Assembly (NCBI GenBank): GCA_965209155.1
Contig: OZ242383.1
Location: forward strand, 3,104,001 to 3,168,000
Reading direction: 5' to 3'
Source of the DNA: a bacterium
GTDB lineage: Bacteria; SAR324; NAC60-12
DNA: 64,000 nt
Position numbers and translations under genes: made by a program. The notes beneath the pieces are model-generated. The model was not told the DNA's origin, did not search any database, and worked only from the letters and a program-made list of their open reading frames with translations. Each line of letters begins with the position of its first letter. Within the stretch, counting starts at the first letter, position 1. Positions 21,350 through 32,429 of this stretch are shown one piece after another.

Positions 21350-21765
21350 CACCGATTTTTCCGGCAAGAGTACAAGTGGATGAATCTGGTATGTACTTTG
21401 TTCAATTTTTAGATCTTAGCGAAGCAATCACTGAGGGGAAAACCTTGGAAGAGGCTCTATTCAATGCACAAGAAGTCTTAACATTGACTTTGGAGTCTCG
21501 ATTAGATGAAGGCATTAATATACCTGATCCACAAGACGCATCGGAAGATCAGATTCATTATATTGCACCGGCTGCAAGAGTGCAGGCCGCATTATTGATC
21601 CACCATGCCAGGGGTGATCGAAGCATGGCAGATTTAGCTCGGGCTTTGGAAACATCTTGGCCGGCCGTGAAACGCTTGGAAAACCCCCACCATTCTCCGA
21701 CTATTAAGGTCCTGGAAAAAGCTGCCACTACTTTGGGGAAGAGGTTAATCTTATCTTTTGAATAA
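21346..21765 (+). CDS. hicB: HicB family antitoxin with C-terminal HTH
   Basis: YFVQFLDL..ITEGKTLEEAL..A; overlaps the hicA stop (ATGA). Confidence 0.9.
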   Translation: MTPIFPARVQVDESGMYFVQFLDLSEAITEGKTLEEALFNAQEVLTLTLESRLDEGINIPDPQDASEDQIHYIAPAARVQAALLIHHARGDRSMADLARALETSWPAVKRLENPHHSPTIKVLEKAATTLGKRLILSFE

Positions 21766-21805
21766 CCAGCCAAGATTGAAGCGTTTTGAAGTAAATCCCC
21801 TTCGT

Positions 21806-24800
21806 TTATCTCCTCTCATCTATCCCGTACTTTTTCATTTTATTGAAGAGGGTGGTCCGGGAGATTCTCAGGGCGGCAGCGGTTTTTACCTTGTGGCCCT
21901 GGAAATTTTTCAGGGCATTGAGAATCGTCGCTTTTTCATAATCCGCGACGGCATGATCCAGCGCCATTTTCCTGGGGTAGATGCTATCTCCGAAATTTGA
22001 AGTTTCGCTGATTTTAGAATTTATCCGTTCCCCCGGAAAATCAACCTCTCCCTGGGAGACATAGCGATGCAGAGTGTTTTGCAGCTCCCGGACATTGCCT
22101 GGCCAATCGTAGGCCTGCAGGGCTTCCAGAACTCTCGCTGTGATGGGCTTTCCTTTTTGAAACGGTGCCGTGGAATTCAAAAAATGCTCGACCAGCAGGG
22201 GGATATCCTCTTTTCTTTCCCGGAGCGTGGGCAGGCGAATGGGAAAGACATGAATCCGGTAATAAAAATCTTCTCGAATTTGCCCCGTCTTCACCCGGTG
22301 ACTCAGGTCCTGGTTTGAAGCCGCAATGAACCGGATATCGGGCTTGATGACCTCTGTGGTGCCAAGCGGGGTAAAGCCGTTGCCCTCCAGGACACGAAGC
22401 AGTTTAACCTGCAGGTTCAGCCCGATATCGGCCAGTTCATCCAGGAATAAAGTCCCTTTGTCGGTCAGGTGCAGGAAACCGCGCTGATCGCTGTCGGCCC
22501 CGGTGAAGGCCCCTTTTTTATGTCCAAAGAACTCACTCTCGATCAAGTTTTCGGGGATGGCCCCGAGGTTCACCGGGAAATAAACATGCTCCTTACGGTC
22601 ACTGGCCTCGTGAATAGCCCGGGAGACCAGTTCTTTCCCGGTTCCCGATTCGCCGTAGAGGATCACGTTCATATCGGTGGCCGCCGCTTGTAAAATCAGC
22701 TCGTATACCCGTTGCATGGGCTCGCTTTTTCCGATAATGTCACCAAACCGAAAGCGATCTTTGGTGCGGGCTCGCAGGCGGACATTCTCCTCGCGTAGGG
22801 AGGTTTCGCTCGCTTTCAGTTCGTCCAGCGCCTTTTTGAGGTTTTCGTGAAGCCTGGCATTTTCCAGGGAAATGGCGATCTGGGAGCTAAGGTGCTTGAT
22901 CACCTCAAATCGCCGGGGGGTGAAGGCTCCCTCAACCAGGTTGTTTTCCAGGTAAATGATGCCGGTCAAGGCGGACTGATGAGTGATCGGCGCGCACAGG
23001 ATGGATTTGGGGCGCACCCGTTTAATATAGTCATCCATGGCAAACCGTTCTTCCCGGGAGGAGTTGTCCAAAACCAGGTGTTCCCGGGTTTGTTTCACCC
23101 GGGAGATGATCGAGAGGGAGAGGGATCCGGCCTTTTCCACAGGCAGGGAAAGCGGCAGGAAATATTCGACCTGCTCGGAACTCCCACGGGCAGCGATAAG
23201 AGACCGGCCTTCGGATTCCAGAAGCAGGGCTGCTGTCTGGGCCCCGGCATTTTCCATGAGAATGCCAAGCAGGATCTCCAGCAGCGGTTCCAGCTCGAGG
23301 GTACTGGAGATGGCCTCGGAGGCTTTGAGTATCGTCGCCAGGTCCAGGTTGGCCGATGGGGACGCCACCGCTTCAGTGAGATTATCGGCAATCAGCTCGG
23401 GATATCGAGACTTGAGATGCGCGACCTTCCGTTTTGCTCCCCAGGCTTCGTACTTCTCCAATGCCGCCTTTAGGTAAGTTCGGGCGGGAATGTTCTGCCC
23501 CTGGCTGAGCAAATACCTGGCTGCCAGTTCATTGGCCAGGGCTTCCTCGTGGATAAATCCGCTCTCCCTGGCCAAGGCGATGGCCTGGTCATAATGGGAC
23601 AGGATCGCATCACTTTGACCCTCCAAAACCCGCAGCCGCTCGGCTTCCACCAGGTGATGCTTGTGTCGGTAATTGGGCGGGGCACTGCGCGCCAGTTTCT
23701 CCAACGTCTCCTGATTGTCATCGACCTGGGTGAGGATCTCCTCCTTTTCCCCCTCGCTCCCCTGGTCGCAAACCGCCAGGAGAGCGAGGGACAGGTAGCA
23801 GTTGGCCAGGGGATCAACAAGGGCATCCTTGTAGGTTTTCATCAGGTTGGTCATATCAAAAACCGTCTCCCGCGATGCTTCATATTCTTCGAACAGGGTT
23901 TGCAGCACCAGCTTTTGGTAATTAAAACTGCTTTGTTCTTGATAGACGTACTCTGCACTCGTCACCCTATGGTATTGATCCATGATGCCGTTCGACAGGC
24001 TCGAAGGCTCCTCCATCAGAATCGTGACCGCCTTCGTCAGCATTTCCACCCGGGGAGACCCGATAATAAAATCGATCTTCTTGAGATCAGCCTTCAACGT
24101 CGACAATTCCCCTTTCAGCCAATTCAGCTCCTTCCCGCACATAAAGGCAATCTGACACCTTGCGACGGCGCTTTGACCGGCATTGTAGAAATCTCCCGTC
24201 TCGATTCCCATCTTGTGGGCTTCCAGCAGGGGATCCAATGACGCCGATAGCGGCTCCCGGTAGAACCGGATCGAGAGGTTGAAAACCCTGGAAACTCTAC
24301 AGTTTATTTTCTTCAGAGCAAAAGCTTCCATGAGCTGCATACCCAGACGACCGAGTTCATAACCAAATTCAAAATCCTGCATAAACTCGCAATAGATCAA
24401 TCCAAGGAGACAATAGAATTCGGGTGAATATTCCGGATGAAAATGATTGAGCAGCAAAGAGATACGTTTTGCAGCGATGGGCTGCCAAAGACCGTCATCC
24501 AAAGTAACCCCAGCCTCGCCATAGGCCGTATGGAGCCTATATAGGATATGGACAAGGACCTCGGCATGCGGTTGGGTGAGCGGCTCAAAGCGCATCACGT
24601 CTGCGACGCTTTTACCGGCCAGGCTGGATTTGATTTGAACGAGGGTCTGCTGCCACTGGTCGGGAGACATGCGGCTGAGTTGACACCCCAATTTCTCCAG
24701 AATTTCCTCACACGTTTCCATGGCCTTCTTTAATTCACCCCGGATGGTGTATGCCTTGATCCGGCATCGATAAACATTGGCCAGGTCCAGGTCCTCTCGG

Positions 24801-27607
24801 GCGTTGTCTTTTACGGCACCCGCCAGCTTCTCCATCAGGTCTAACCGGCCGCAGAGCCATGACATCTCTGTGGCCTCCTCATGCAGGGATAAGGCCAGGG
24901 GGTATTGCCGTTTCCAGGCGGCTTCTGAAAGCTCCAGGCCGATGGTAAAATATTCCAGGGCCTGTTCAAAAGCTGAAGCCGCCCTGGCCTTAAGACCGGC
25001 TTTCAGGTTGAGTTCCGCCAGGTGCGATCGGTCTTTCCATTTATCCTTCACCCTCCGGGCCAGGTTGAAATGATGGACGATGTCAAAAAGCAGAGCTTCA
25101 CCTTTCTCCGGAGCGTATTGCTTGAGCAGGGTCTGACCGATTTGAAGATGGACCGTCTGTTTCTCCTTTTGGGCAATGAGGGCATAGGCAGCCTGCTGCA
25201 CCCGGTCATGCAGGAATTTGTAACTGCCGCTCTCCACGCTCGCTCCGGCGGTCGGATTATCCAGATCCGGGGCCCGGGAAAAACCGAGAATCAACCCGGT
25301 TTCCAGGGCCGGTAACAGGTTCTCATCGATCTCCCCGCTTCCTTCTCCGCTGATCAGCTCCAACGATTCCAGGTCAAAAGTATTGCCGATGCAGGCCGCC
25401 AGGCTCAAGAGTCGCCTGGTTTCAGAGGAAAACCGGTGGAACCGGTCAACCAGCAACGCCACCACATTATCGGTCACCGACAGGAACTCGATGGCAGCCA
25501 GCTCCCAAATCCATCGTTTTTCCTCAGGTGAGTAGTGGATCAGGTCCTTCTCGGAGAGTACGGTCAAGAATTGGCTCACAAAGAAGGGATTGCCGCCGGT
25601 TTTGCGCACCAGGAGCTCGGCCAGCGGTTTGGCCTCTTCGGGACGGCAGTGGCAGGTATGGACGAGCAGTTGTGAGATGTTCTCTGGTTTGAGGGGCTTT
25701 AAGGGGATCCTTTGCAGCGGCTGGCCCGTTTTTTTGATCACCTCACAACTGTTCATCAACCGATGATCGACATCCACCTCGTTGTCGCGATAGGCCCCCA
25801 GGAAAAGCAGAGGTTTCCTCTCCGGATCCTGAGCGATCCGTTCCACCAGCTTGAGGGTATCAGCGTCCACCCACTGCAAGTCGTCCAGAAAAATAACCAG
25901 CGGATGGGTTTTTTCACAGAAAACAGAGATGAAATCCAGTAAAACGGCAGTGAAACGGTTGCGGGCCTCCAGCGCTCCCATTTCCGGCAGCGGGGGTTGC
26001 GGGCCGATCACCTGTTCCAGTTCCGGGATCACCCGGGTCACCAGTTGTCCGTTGGGTCCCAGGGCCGCCCGTATCCTGCTTTTCCAACGCTCCATTCCGG
26101 ACTTGCATTTGGCCGATACCTCCCGGATGAGTCCCCTCAATGCCTGGATCAGGGCGCTGTAGGGGATATTGTGCCGGAGCTGGTCAAACTTGCCGGAGAG
26201 GAAGAAACCGTTTTTTTGGGCAACGGACTGGTGAATTTCACCGACCAGGGCGGTTTTGCCGACACCGGCGGATCCCGAGACCAGCACCATCTCGGTCGCT
26301 CCCTGGCTGACTCGCTCCAGGGCGGCTTCCAGTGCAGCGATTTCATCCTCCCGGCCGTAAATCCCCGAGGCGATCTGCAGTTCTTTAGGCATATCATGGC
26401 GGCCCAGGGGAAAGTCGGACAGGCTCCCCTGGTTTTCGAGTTGCTCCACACATGCTAAGAGATCGGATGCCAGACCCGAGTGACTCTGGTAGCGCGCCTC
26501 GGCACGCTTGGCCAGCAGTTTCATCACCAGGCGGGAAAGGACTCCGGGTACTTGCGGCGTAATTTTGTCCAGGGGTACGGGCTGCCGGGCAATGTGAGCG
26601 TGGATGATTTCCATGGCCTCCCGAGAGTGGAAAGGCACTCTCCCGCTGAAAAGTTCGTAAAGGGTGGCCCCCAGGGAATAAAAATCACTGCGATAATCAA
26701 GCGGGCGGTTCATCCGACCGGTCTGCTCGGGGGAGATATAGGGCAGGGTTTCCCCGCTAAGCTGTGGACTCAACATCGTCGAATTTTCCCGGGGAAGCCG
26801 AGTGGCCAGGCCGAAGCCGGTCAGTTTGACCGTTCCCGATGCCGGATCGACAAAAATATTGAACGGATTGATCATTTTATGCAAGATGCCCTGCCGGTGC
26901 GCTTCTTTCAGAATACCGGTCAGAGAAAGCGCAACCTTCAGCGAGTCCAGCAAGTCGAGCCGGGTGGTATCCATCAGCTTTCTCAAAGGGAGCCCTTCCG
27001 TGTTTTCAAGGATTAATGCCCATCCGTTTTCACACGCCACCAGTTCCTCTGCCCTGAGGACCCCATCAATCTCCAGAGCCTGAGTGATCTCATGTTCATG
27101 CCGTATTTCCGCCAGCTCCTGAGAGCTCTGCTCGGAAACCGATCCCTTGATCAGAACCCAAAGCCCATCGCTTTGCCGCCTGCCGCGCCAAAGCCAGGTC
27201 CGCCCACTTTCAAAAATGACCTCCTCCAGCAAATAACCCGGAATCTCAGGTTTTTCCAGACTGGTAATAGACTTCGTTTTGTTCACAACCGGTTTTAGAG
27301 GTCCAGGAGACAATTTATCGTTTTGATCTCCTTTATTCTTCTTCGCATCCGCCGGATCACGGCCCAGGACCACCTCATGCAATAGGTTCTTGGCAATGTT
27401 GCGGGCTTCTTTGGTGGTCAAAACCCCATGGGTGCCAATGGTATAGCGTCTCTGTCGTCCCTTGATGCGGTACTGCAGCAGGTACACCCGTCTGCCCTTG
27501 GGGGTTATTTTACAGCCGAACATCGGCAGTTCCGTGTCCCATAATGTGCGGTCTTTAGCCCCAGGCTTGAGGGATTCGACAGTTTGTTTAGTGATTTTGT
27601 CTTTCAT
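21806..27607 (-). CDS. Giant sigma54 activator 2: integrase arm-DNA-binding domain + pseudokinase + STAND AAA + GAF + sigma54 AAA+ + HTH
   Basis: N-terminus [53 protein letters not shown] (DUF4102-like); remainder paralogous to 3868..9855; ATG 27607 conserved with copy 3. Confidence 0.92.
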   Translation of the reverse strand: MKDKITKQTVESLKPGAKDRTLWDTELPMFGCKITPKGRRVYLLQYRIKGRQRRYTIGTHGVLTTKEARNIAKNLLHEVVLGRDPADAKKNKGDQNDKLSPGPLKPVVNKTKSITSLEKPEIPGYLLEEVIFESGRTWLWRGRRQSDGLWVLIKGSVSEQSSQELAEIRHEHEITQALEIDGVLRAEELVACENGWALILENTEGLPLRKLMDTTRLDLLDSLKVALSLTGILKEAHRQGILHKMINPFNIFVDPASGTVKLTGFGLATRLPRENSTMLSPQLSGETLPYISPEQTGRMNRPLDYRSDFYSLGATLYELFSGRVPFHSREAMEIIHAHIARQPVPLDKITPQVPGVLSRLVMKLLAKRAEARYQSHSGLASDLLACVEQLENQGSLSDFPLGRHDMPKELQIASGIYGREDEIAALEAALERVSQGATEMVLVSGSAGVGKTALVGEIHQSVAQKNGFFLSGKFDQLRHNIPYSALIQALRGLIREVSAKCKSGMERWKSRIRAALGPNGQLVTRVIPELEQVIGPQPPLPEMGALEARNRFTAVLLDFISVFCEKTHPLVIFLDDLQWVDADTLKLVERIAQDPERKPLLFLGAYRDNEVDVDHRLMNSCEVIKKTGQPLQRIPLKPLKPENISQLLVHTCHCRPEEAKPLAELLVRKTGGNPFFVSQFLTVLSEKDLIHYSPEEKRWIWELAAIEFLSVTDNVVALLVDRFHRFSSETRRLLSLAACIGNTFDLESLELISGEGSGEIDENLLPALETGLILGFSRAPDLDNPTAGASVESGSYKFLHDRVQQAAYALIAQKEKQTVHLQIGQTLLKQYAPEKGEALLFDIVHHFNLARRVKDKWKDRSHLAELNLKAGLKARAASAFEQALEYFTIGLELSEAAWKRQYPLALSLHEEATEMSWLCGRLDLMEKLAGAVKDNAREDLDLANVYRCRIKAYTIRGELKKAMETCEEILEKLGCQLSRMSPDQWQQTLVQIKSSLAGKSVADVMRFEPLTQPHAEVLVHILYRLHTAYGEAGVTLDDGLWQPIAAKRISLLLNHFHPEYSPEFYCLLGLIYCEFMQDFEFGYELGRLGMQLMEAFALKKINCRVSRVFNLSIRFYREPLSASLDPLLEAHKMGIETGDFYNAGQSAVARCQIAFMCGKELNWLKGELSTLKADLKKIDFIIGSPRVEMLTKAVTILMEEPSSLSNGIMDQYHRVTSAEYVYQEQSSFNYQKLVLQTLFEEYEASRETVFDMTNLMKTYKDALVDPLANCYLSLALLAVCDQGSEGEKEEILTQVDDNQETLEKLARSAPPNYRHKHHLVEAERLRVLEGQSDAILSHYDQAIALARESGFIHEEALANELAARYLLSQGQNIPARTYLKAALEKYEAWGAKRKVAHLKSRYPELIADNLTEAVASPSANLDLATILKASEAISSTLELEPLLEILLGILMENAGAQTAALLLESEGRSLIAARGSSEQVEYFLPLSLPVEKAGSLSLSIISRVKQTREHLVLDNSSREERFAMDDYIKRVRPKSILCAPITHQSALTGIIYLENNLVEGAFTPRRFEVIKHLSSQIAISLENARLHENLKKALDELKASETSLREENVRLRARTKDRFRFGDIIGKSEPMQRVYELILQAAATDMNVILYGESGTGKELVSRAIHEASDRKEHVYFPVNLGAIPENLIESEFFGHKKGAFTGADSDQRGFLHLTDKGTLFLDELADIGLNLQVKLLRVLEGNGFTPLGTTEVIKPDIRFIAASNQDLSHRVKTGQIREDFYYRIHVFPIRLPTLRERKEDIPLLVEHFLNSTAPFQKGKPITARVLEALQAYDWPGNVRELQNTLHRYVSQGEVDFPGERINSKISETSNFGDSIYPRKMALDHAVADYEKATILNALKNFQGHKVKTAAALRISRTTLFNKMKKYGIDERR

Positions 27608-27622
27608 GGCTCTGGCCTGACT

Positions 27623-28031
27623 GCGATAGCAAATAGATAACAATTCCTCTGAAATGTCAGGAGTTGGGTCGTCTTGATCAAGAGATAGTAAACAAATAGG
27701 ACGCAATCTGTCAACGGAATTGTTTGACTGGTGGCTGGCCGAATTCTGGAGAGATGAAATGAAGAGTAGCTTACCGGACTTTGCTCTAATTGGGATAGCA
27801 AATAGATAACAATTCCTCTGAAATGTCAGGAGCTGGGTCGTCTTGGTCAAGCGGATAAATAGTAAACAAAGAGGACGCAATCCGTCAACGGATCGGAAGC
27901 TCTGAGAACAGATTGTTTGGCTGGTGGATGGCCGAATTCTGGAGAGATGAAATGAGGAGAAGCTTACCGAACTTTAGTCTAATTGCGATACCAAATAGAT
28001 ACCAATTGCTCTGAAAAGTCAGGAGCTGGGT
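27623..28031. repeat. Tandem repeat array (2.3 units; periods 169 and 193 bp) upstream of activator 2
   Basis: GATAGCAAATAGATAACAATTCCTCTGAAATGTCAGGAG-type unit starts at 27623, 27792, 27985. Confidence 0.92.
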
Positions 28032-28049
28032 TGCCGCATGAGATTCAGG

Positions 28050-28339
28050 AACCGGTATTCCGCATTGGCTAAAAACTGCGGAGCTTTTCGAACTTGAGTT
28101 GCTTGCTCATAAGCATAGGCTAATTTGATAAGCGTGGGTTCTTGATAAGCGCCTCCAAAAAATGAAACGCCGACAGGGAGCCCGAAGATAAATCCAGTAG
28201 GAACTGTAATGCCAGGATAACCCGCCACTGCGGGAAACAGGGAGCTTTTGCTGTTATAAGGGTGATCTCCATTGATCAAATCGGTGGTCCAGGCAGGGAT
28301 CCCTGTCGGTGCCACAATCGCATCCAGTGGAGGATGCAT
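28050..28339 (-). pseudogene. C-terminal fragment of an amidase
   Basis: LDAIVAPT..PAVAGYPGITVP..GLPVG..EPTLIKLAYAYEQAT; no N-terminal catalytic part. Confidence 0.75.
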
Positions 28340-28470
28340 TTTTAATGTCCACTCAACCCCTCGTAATCCGGAGGCGCATGCTAAAAGGATTTACAGAGCC
28401 GTGGATAATTGTCACCATCATTGAAAATAGCCTCTCCTCCTGCATTGATACCCCGTAAGGAAAATAGGCG

Positions 28471-28707
28471 ATGAAAACGTATGAATTTACTCTCACCATT
28501 TCAGAGATAGACGACGAAACTGCCGAAGCGATCTATGGCATATGCTCCGATTCAAGCGTGGGTCAGTGCCATGGTACCAGTTATGTTGCCTTTGATCGAG
28601 AGTCTGAGAGTCTAGAAATGGCGATAGATTCGGCAATCTCGGACCTACGTGGTATTGGTGTTGAGCCTTTACGAATCGAAATGGATGTTCAAGCAACGGT
28701 AGCGTAG
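28471..28707 (+). CDS. Small acidic hypothetical protein
   Basis: 78-aa ORF (MKTYEFTL..FDRESESLEMAIDSAI), RBS-like AAGG upstream. Confidence 0.6.
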   Translation: MKTYEFTLTISEIDDETAEAIYGICSDSSVGQCHGTSYVAFDRESESLEMAIDSAISDLRGIGVEPLRIEMDVQATVA

Positions 28708-28738
28708 TCAAAAAAAGCCCTGGCCAGAGCGCCAGCGA

Positions 28739-29025
28739 CTATTCATACCGCACTCTCGGGTCCAGATAGGGATAAATCAGGTCGATGAGGAGATTGAGCC
28801 CCACCACCCCGGTGGCGAAAAAGAGGTTGACTCCGGAGACCATCGGGTAGTCTCGGTCATTGTGAGCATTCACCAGGAGACGACCGGGCCCCGGCAGGTT
28901 GAAGAGGTTCTCCATGATCACGGCGCCCCCCACCAGGATCGGCAACTGCAGGCCGATCAGAGGGATAACCGGGATGAGGGCATTTTTGAGGGTGTGCCAG
29001 ATCATCACGACCCGCTCCTTCATTT
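28739..29025 (-). pseudogene. 3' fragment of an OppB-like permease
   Basis: HTLKNALIPV..GGAVIMENLFNLPG..RDYP..LDPRVR; 5' end replaced by the 43-bp repeat. Confidence 0.8.
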
Positions 29026-29068
29026 CAATCGAGAAAATTAAAGACAAATTAATACTTGACCCCTTTCC
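29026..29068. repeat. 43-bp dispersed repeat, copy 2, at a gene-fragment junction
   Basis: 39/43 identical to 10174..10216. Confidence 0.8.
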
Positions 29069-29071
29069 GAG

Positions 29072-29817
29072 CTACTTCTTCTTGTAGGTATCACTACCTT
29101 TGAACGGTCCGTCGCGCCAGGCCAGCGCGTCCTTGAGCCCATGCTCGCGCATCATGTCCTGGTACTGGTAGGTGCGCTCGGTGCACTGGCCCATCGCGTC
29201 GAGGTCGGTACTGCTGCGCACGGACGAGTAGATTCCCATGTTCTCGTAGAAGCGATTCATGTTGACCTTGAGGATCGCGAGATGGTCGGCGGACATGATC
29301 GCGAGCCGGTCGGCAAACGCGAGGGTTCGCTGGTTCGGGAGGTACCGAGGCGCACTCCCGGGTGTCCGAGTTGTGCGTCCTCGGCGGCAACGACAAGATC
29401 GGCCATCATCGCCAGTTCGCAGCCGCCGGCAATCGCATAGCCGTGCACCTGCGCAATGGTAACCTTCGCCATATTCCAGAAATACATGTGGATATCGGTG
29501 ATCTGCTGCATGCCAGTCCTGATACCCATCAGGAGCCGGCGATCTTTGGCGTCTCGCTGCTTGTGACTGCGGACGACCGCGTCCGCACCCCCGCGCGACG
29601 GCGTGAGATCGTAACCTGCACTGAAAGTTCTGCCTTCGCCGCGCACGATTATCACGCGTACGTCGCTATCGGCCTCCATGTCGTGGAGCGCCTCGTTCAG
29701 TTCATACAGCAACTCTTCGGAGAGCGCGTTCATTTTCTCCGGTCGGTTGAGGGTGATACGGCCGACGCGTCCATCGGTACCGACGTGGTCCGTCTTGATA
29801 TATTCAAAATCGCTCAT
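29072..29817 (-). pseudogene. Enoyl-CoA hydratase/isomerase, frameshifted and internally deleted
   Basis: ITLNRPEKMNAL, FSAGYDL, AGGCEL; frame breaks after HPGVRLGTS, C-terminus in ORF 29072..29296. Confidence 0.8.
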
Positions 29818-29892
29818 GGTTGTTCTCCTTTCATGGTGGATACCTATTCAAATTAATAAAGAATTCGTAGATTCGAGAAGTTCCCTTTTTTT

Positions 29893-29987
29893 ACCCACCC
29901 CTAAATCCCCTCCAAGGAGGGGACTTTCTAGGCAAAATTTCATATCCCCTCTTGGGAGGGGTGGACGCGGAGCGGACGGAGTGGGTA
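29893..29987. repeat. REP-like palindromic intergenic element
   Basis: ACCCACCCC..CCCCTCCAAGGAGGGG and CCCCTCTTGGGAGGGG..GTGGGT nested hairpins. Confidence 0.55.
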
Positions 29988-30097
29988 ACCTTATCCAGAA
30001 CTCACATTACGTTAGGATGTGAAGTATGGACCATAGAAACGGCGTTTTACATTTTCTTCCAATCCGTTCCTTCCTGAAACCCATGGGCGGCATGGTA

Positions 30098-31533
30098 TCA
30101 AGAATTGCTACCACGAGCAAATTCAACAAACCAGTCGATGGATTCCGGATTGCCCATGGCATCACGGTTGGCTGAGGTATTTGCGGACTTGCCCAACAAA
30201 ATTTTCTTGACAGGGACTTCCATTTTTTTACCTGAGATCGTGTAAGGGACTGCCTGAATCGCAAAGATCTCATTGGGGGCTTGGCGAGCCGAGAGATGGG
30301 TGCGAATTTTGTTCATGATTCCGCTTCGTAGGGTTTCTGGCATTCCCGTGTCTCTCAGACTGGGTTTCTCCGTTGTCGATGCTTTGCCTGCGACTTCAGG
30401 GTCTGTCAAGACCACAAAAAGTGCGAGATAGGAGGGCTTGCCCAGATATTCCAAATCCACCACCAAGGAATCGGCCACTTCAGGGAAGGATTCCACCACT
30501 CGATAAATCTCACTGCTCCCCATCCGAATGCCTTGGCGGTTGATCGTGGCATCGGAGCGGCCGAATACAATGCCTCCGACGGCCTCTGGATGGGAAATCA
30601 ATTGCAGCCAGTCCCCATGCCGCCATACACCAGGAAAAGTGTCGAAATAACTTTCATAGTAACGCCGACCCTCTGGATCTCCCCAAAACCCGATAGGCAG
30701 GCAGGGGATAGGTTTCGTCATCACTAGTTCTCCAGCGGGTGAGCAAAGGGCACCGGGGTAAAAATCAGGTTCAGAGGGTGTGCTGATGGTCTCTGCAAAG
30801 GAAACCACTTGGGGCGGTTTGCCTTCCCTCAAAGCACTGAGGTCCAATTCATTGGACGCATGGAGATAAGGAATAAAAATAACGGTATCCACCGAGGGCA
30901 GTTGTTTGACGAGATCGACCACGACTTCCCGCCTATCGTAGTCCTTTCCCTTGTAACGGTAACCGTCGATGGTGAAAAGAATCTTGGGCTCAATTTGATG
31001 GAATCGGTCCAGCACACTGGCAATCCCCATTTCTGGGGAAGCCATTGACCAAATTGCCCCGCAACTGCTGACAGACAACAGGGCCACAGCCGTTTCCGGG
31101 ATGTTGGGCAGATAGGCCGCAGCACAGTCGCCCATTTCGAGACCAAACTGTTTCATGCTGGCGGTGAGGGCGCCTGTTTGCTCACACAGGCTTTGCCAGG
31201 ACACTTCCACGCGGGGGCATTCACAGATTCTGCTTGAGTGCCAGGGGCCAGGATGTGTTCGGCATAGTTGAGCGTAGCCCCCTCAAACCAACTCACTCCC
31301 GGCATTTCTTGCTGATTGACCACCCTCTGGTAGGGGCGATGGCTAATCACCTCCCCATATTCCCAAATGCTTTCCCAAAACGCTTCAAACTCCTCGGTTG
31401 ACCATTGCCAGAGGGCTTCGTAATGATCGAAATGGAGCCCCTTGTGTTCCTTGAGCCAGGCACGATAGGCCGTCATTTGGGCTTCAGCAATGCGTTGAGG
31501 ACTGGGACGCCAGAGCGGTTCTTTTGTCATCAT
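30098..31533 (-). pseudogene. Acetoacetyl-CoA synthetase pseudogene
   Basis: PLWRPS..WFEGATLNYAE in one frame; GAIWS..RF.QIEPK..GVWRHGD..GRSDATINRQGIRMG in another; central SSGTTG adenylation core missing. Confidence 0.85.
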
Positions 31534-31607
31534 GACTCATCTTTCTTAGTTAAATTGAAACGGAAATAAGTTTACATAATTTCGAGAAAGGGCATTTCGA
31601 GTTTCTC

Positions 31608-32429
31608 TTATTGATTGTTAGTGGCCATTTTGGAGACCAGAGTTCTATAATCGTATTCATCATCACCCTCATAGCGAGGCGCATATTGGGTGAAAGCTTT
31701 CGAGATTTGATGATAGCGTTCTTCGATTCTAACAATGTTATAGGCGTGGGATACGACAAGAAACTCTTCGTTTTTTAATTGTTCAATAACAATGTCTGCG
31801 TATTTGTCTGTATCCATTGCCATCTTCATCTCTGCTTCGGAGCCTATTTCAGAACGGACGAAGCCCGGACAAATAAGACTGACAGATATAAAATCAGGGA
31901 CCTCTTCGGCAAGGGCTTCTGTCAGGGAAAAAACCGCGTGTTTGGAAGACATATAGGGAGAGGCAAGGGGAACAGAATTAAATAAGCTGGTCTCAGAGCC
32001 TAGGTTATAAATTGCTGCGGGCGTACCCTGTTCAATAAATCGTTTACCAAAAACCTGACAGCCATTGATCACACCGTAAAAATTCACCGAGTAAATTCTC
32101 TCGATTTCCTCAAGAGGAGTATCAATTAGTGGTGTACTAACACTCGAACCCACCCCCGAATTGTTGATGATTACGTCCACCTGACCAAATTCGTTCCATG
32201 CATATTCTGCTAAGGCCTCAACATCTTCTCGCTTTGAAACATCACAGGTATGGTAGCAAGCATCTATGCATTCCCCGGCAAGCAGATCGACTGCATCCTT
32301 GAGTCTGCTCTCCCGACGAGCAGCAATGAGAACCCGGGCACCTTGTTTGCCGAATAGTTTTGCCAAAGCGAAACCGATACCAGTGGCACCCCCAGTGATG
32401 ACAACATTTTTACCTTTAAAATCTTTCAT
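31608..32429 (-). CDS. Short-chain dehydrogenase/reductase
   Basis: TGGATGIG, NNSG, YMSSK. Confidence 0.93.
   Translation of the reverse strand: MKDFKGKNVVITGGATGIGFALAKLFGKQGARVLIAARRESRLKDAVDLLAGECIDACYHTCDVSKREDVEALAEYAWNEFGQVDVIINNSGVGSSVSTPLIDTPLEEIERIYSVNFYGVINGCQVFGKRFIEQGTPAAIYNLGSETSLFNSVPLASPYMSSKHAVFSLTEALAEEVPDFISVSLICPGFVRSEIGSEAEMKMAMDTDKYADIVIEQLKNEEFLVVSHAYNIVRIEERYHQISKAFTQYAPRYEGDDEYDYRTLVSKMATNNQ

Noticed and set aside
27608..27880. N-terminal ORF extensions of activators 2 and 3 (to 27880 and 51608) and small ORFs 27604..27801, 51557..51807
   Set aside because: They translate the repeat arrays in shifting frames; the conserved domain begins at MKDKITKQ
27623..28031. Possible CRISPR array (also 9824..10122 and 51531..51795)
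   Set aside because: Whole 158-193 bp units are repeated; no unique spacers and no cas genes in the window
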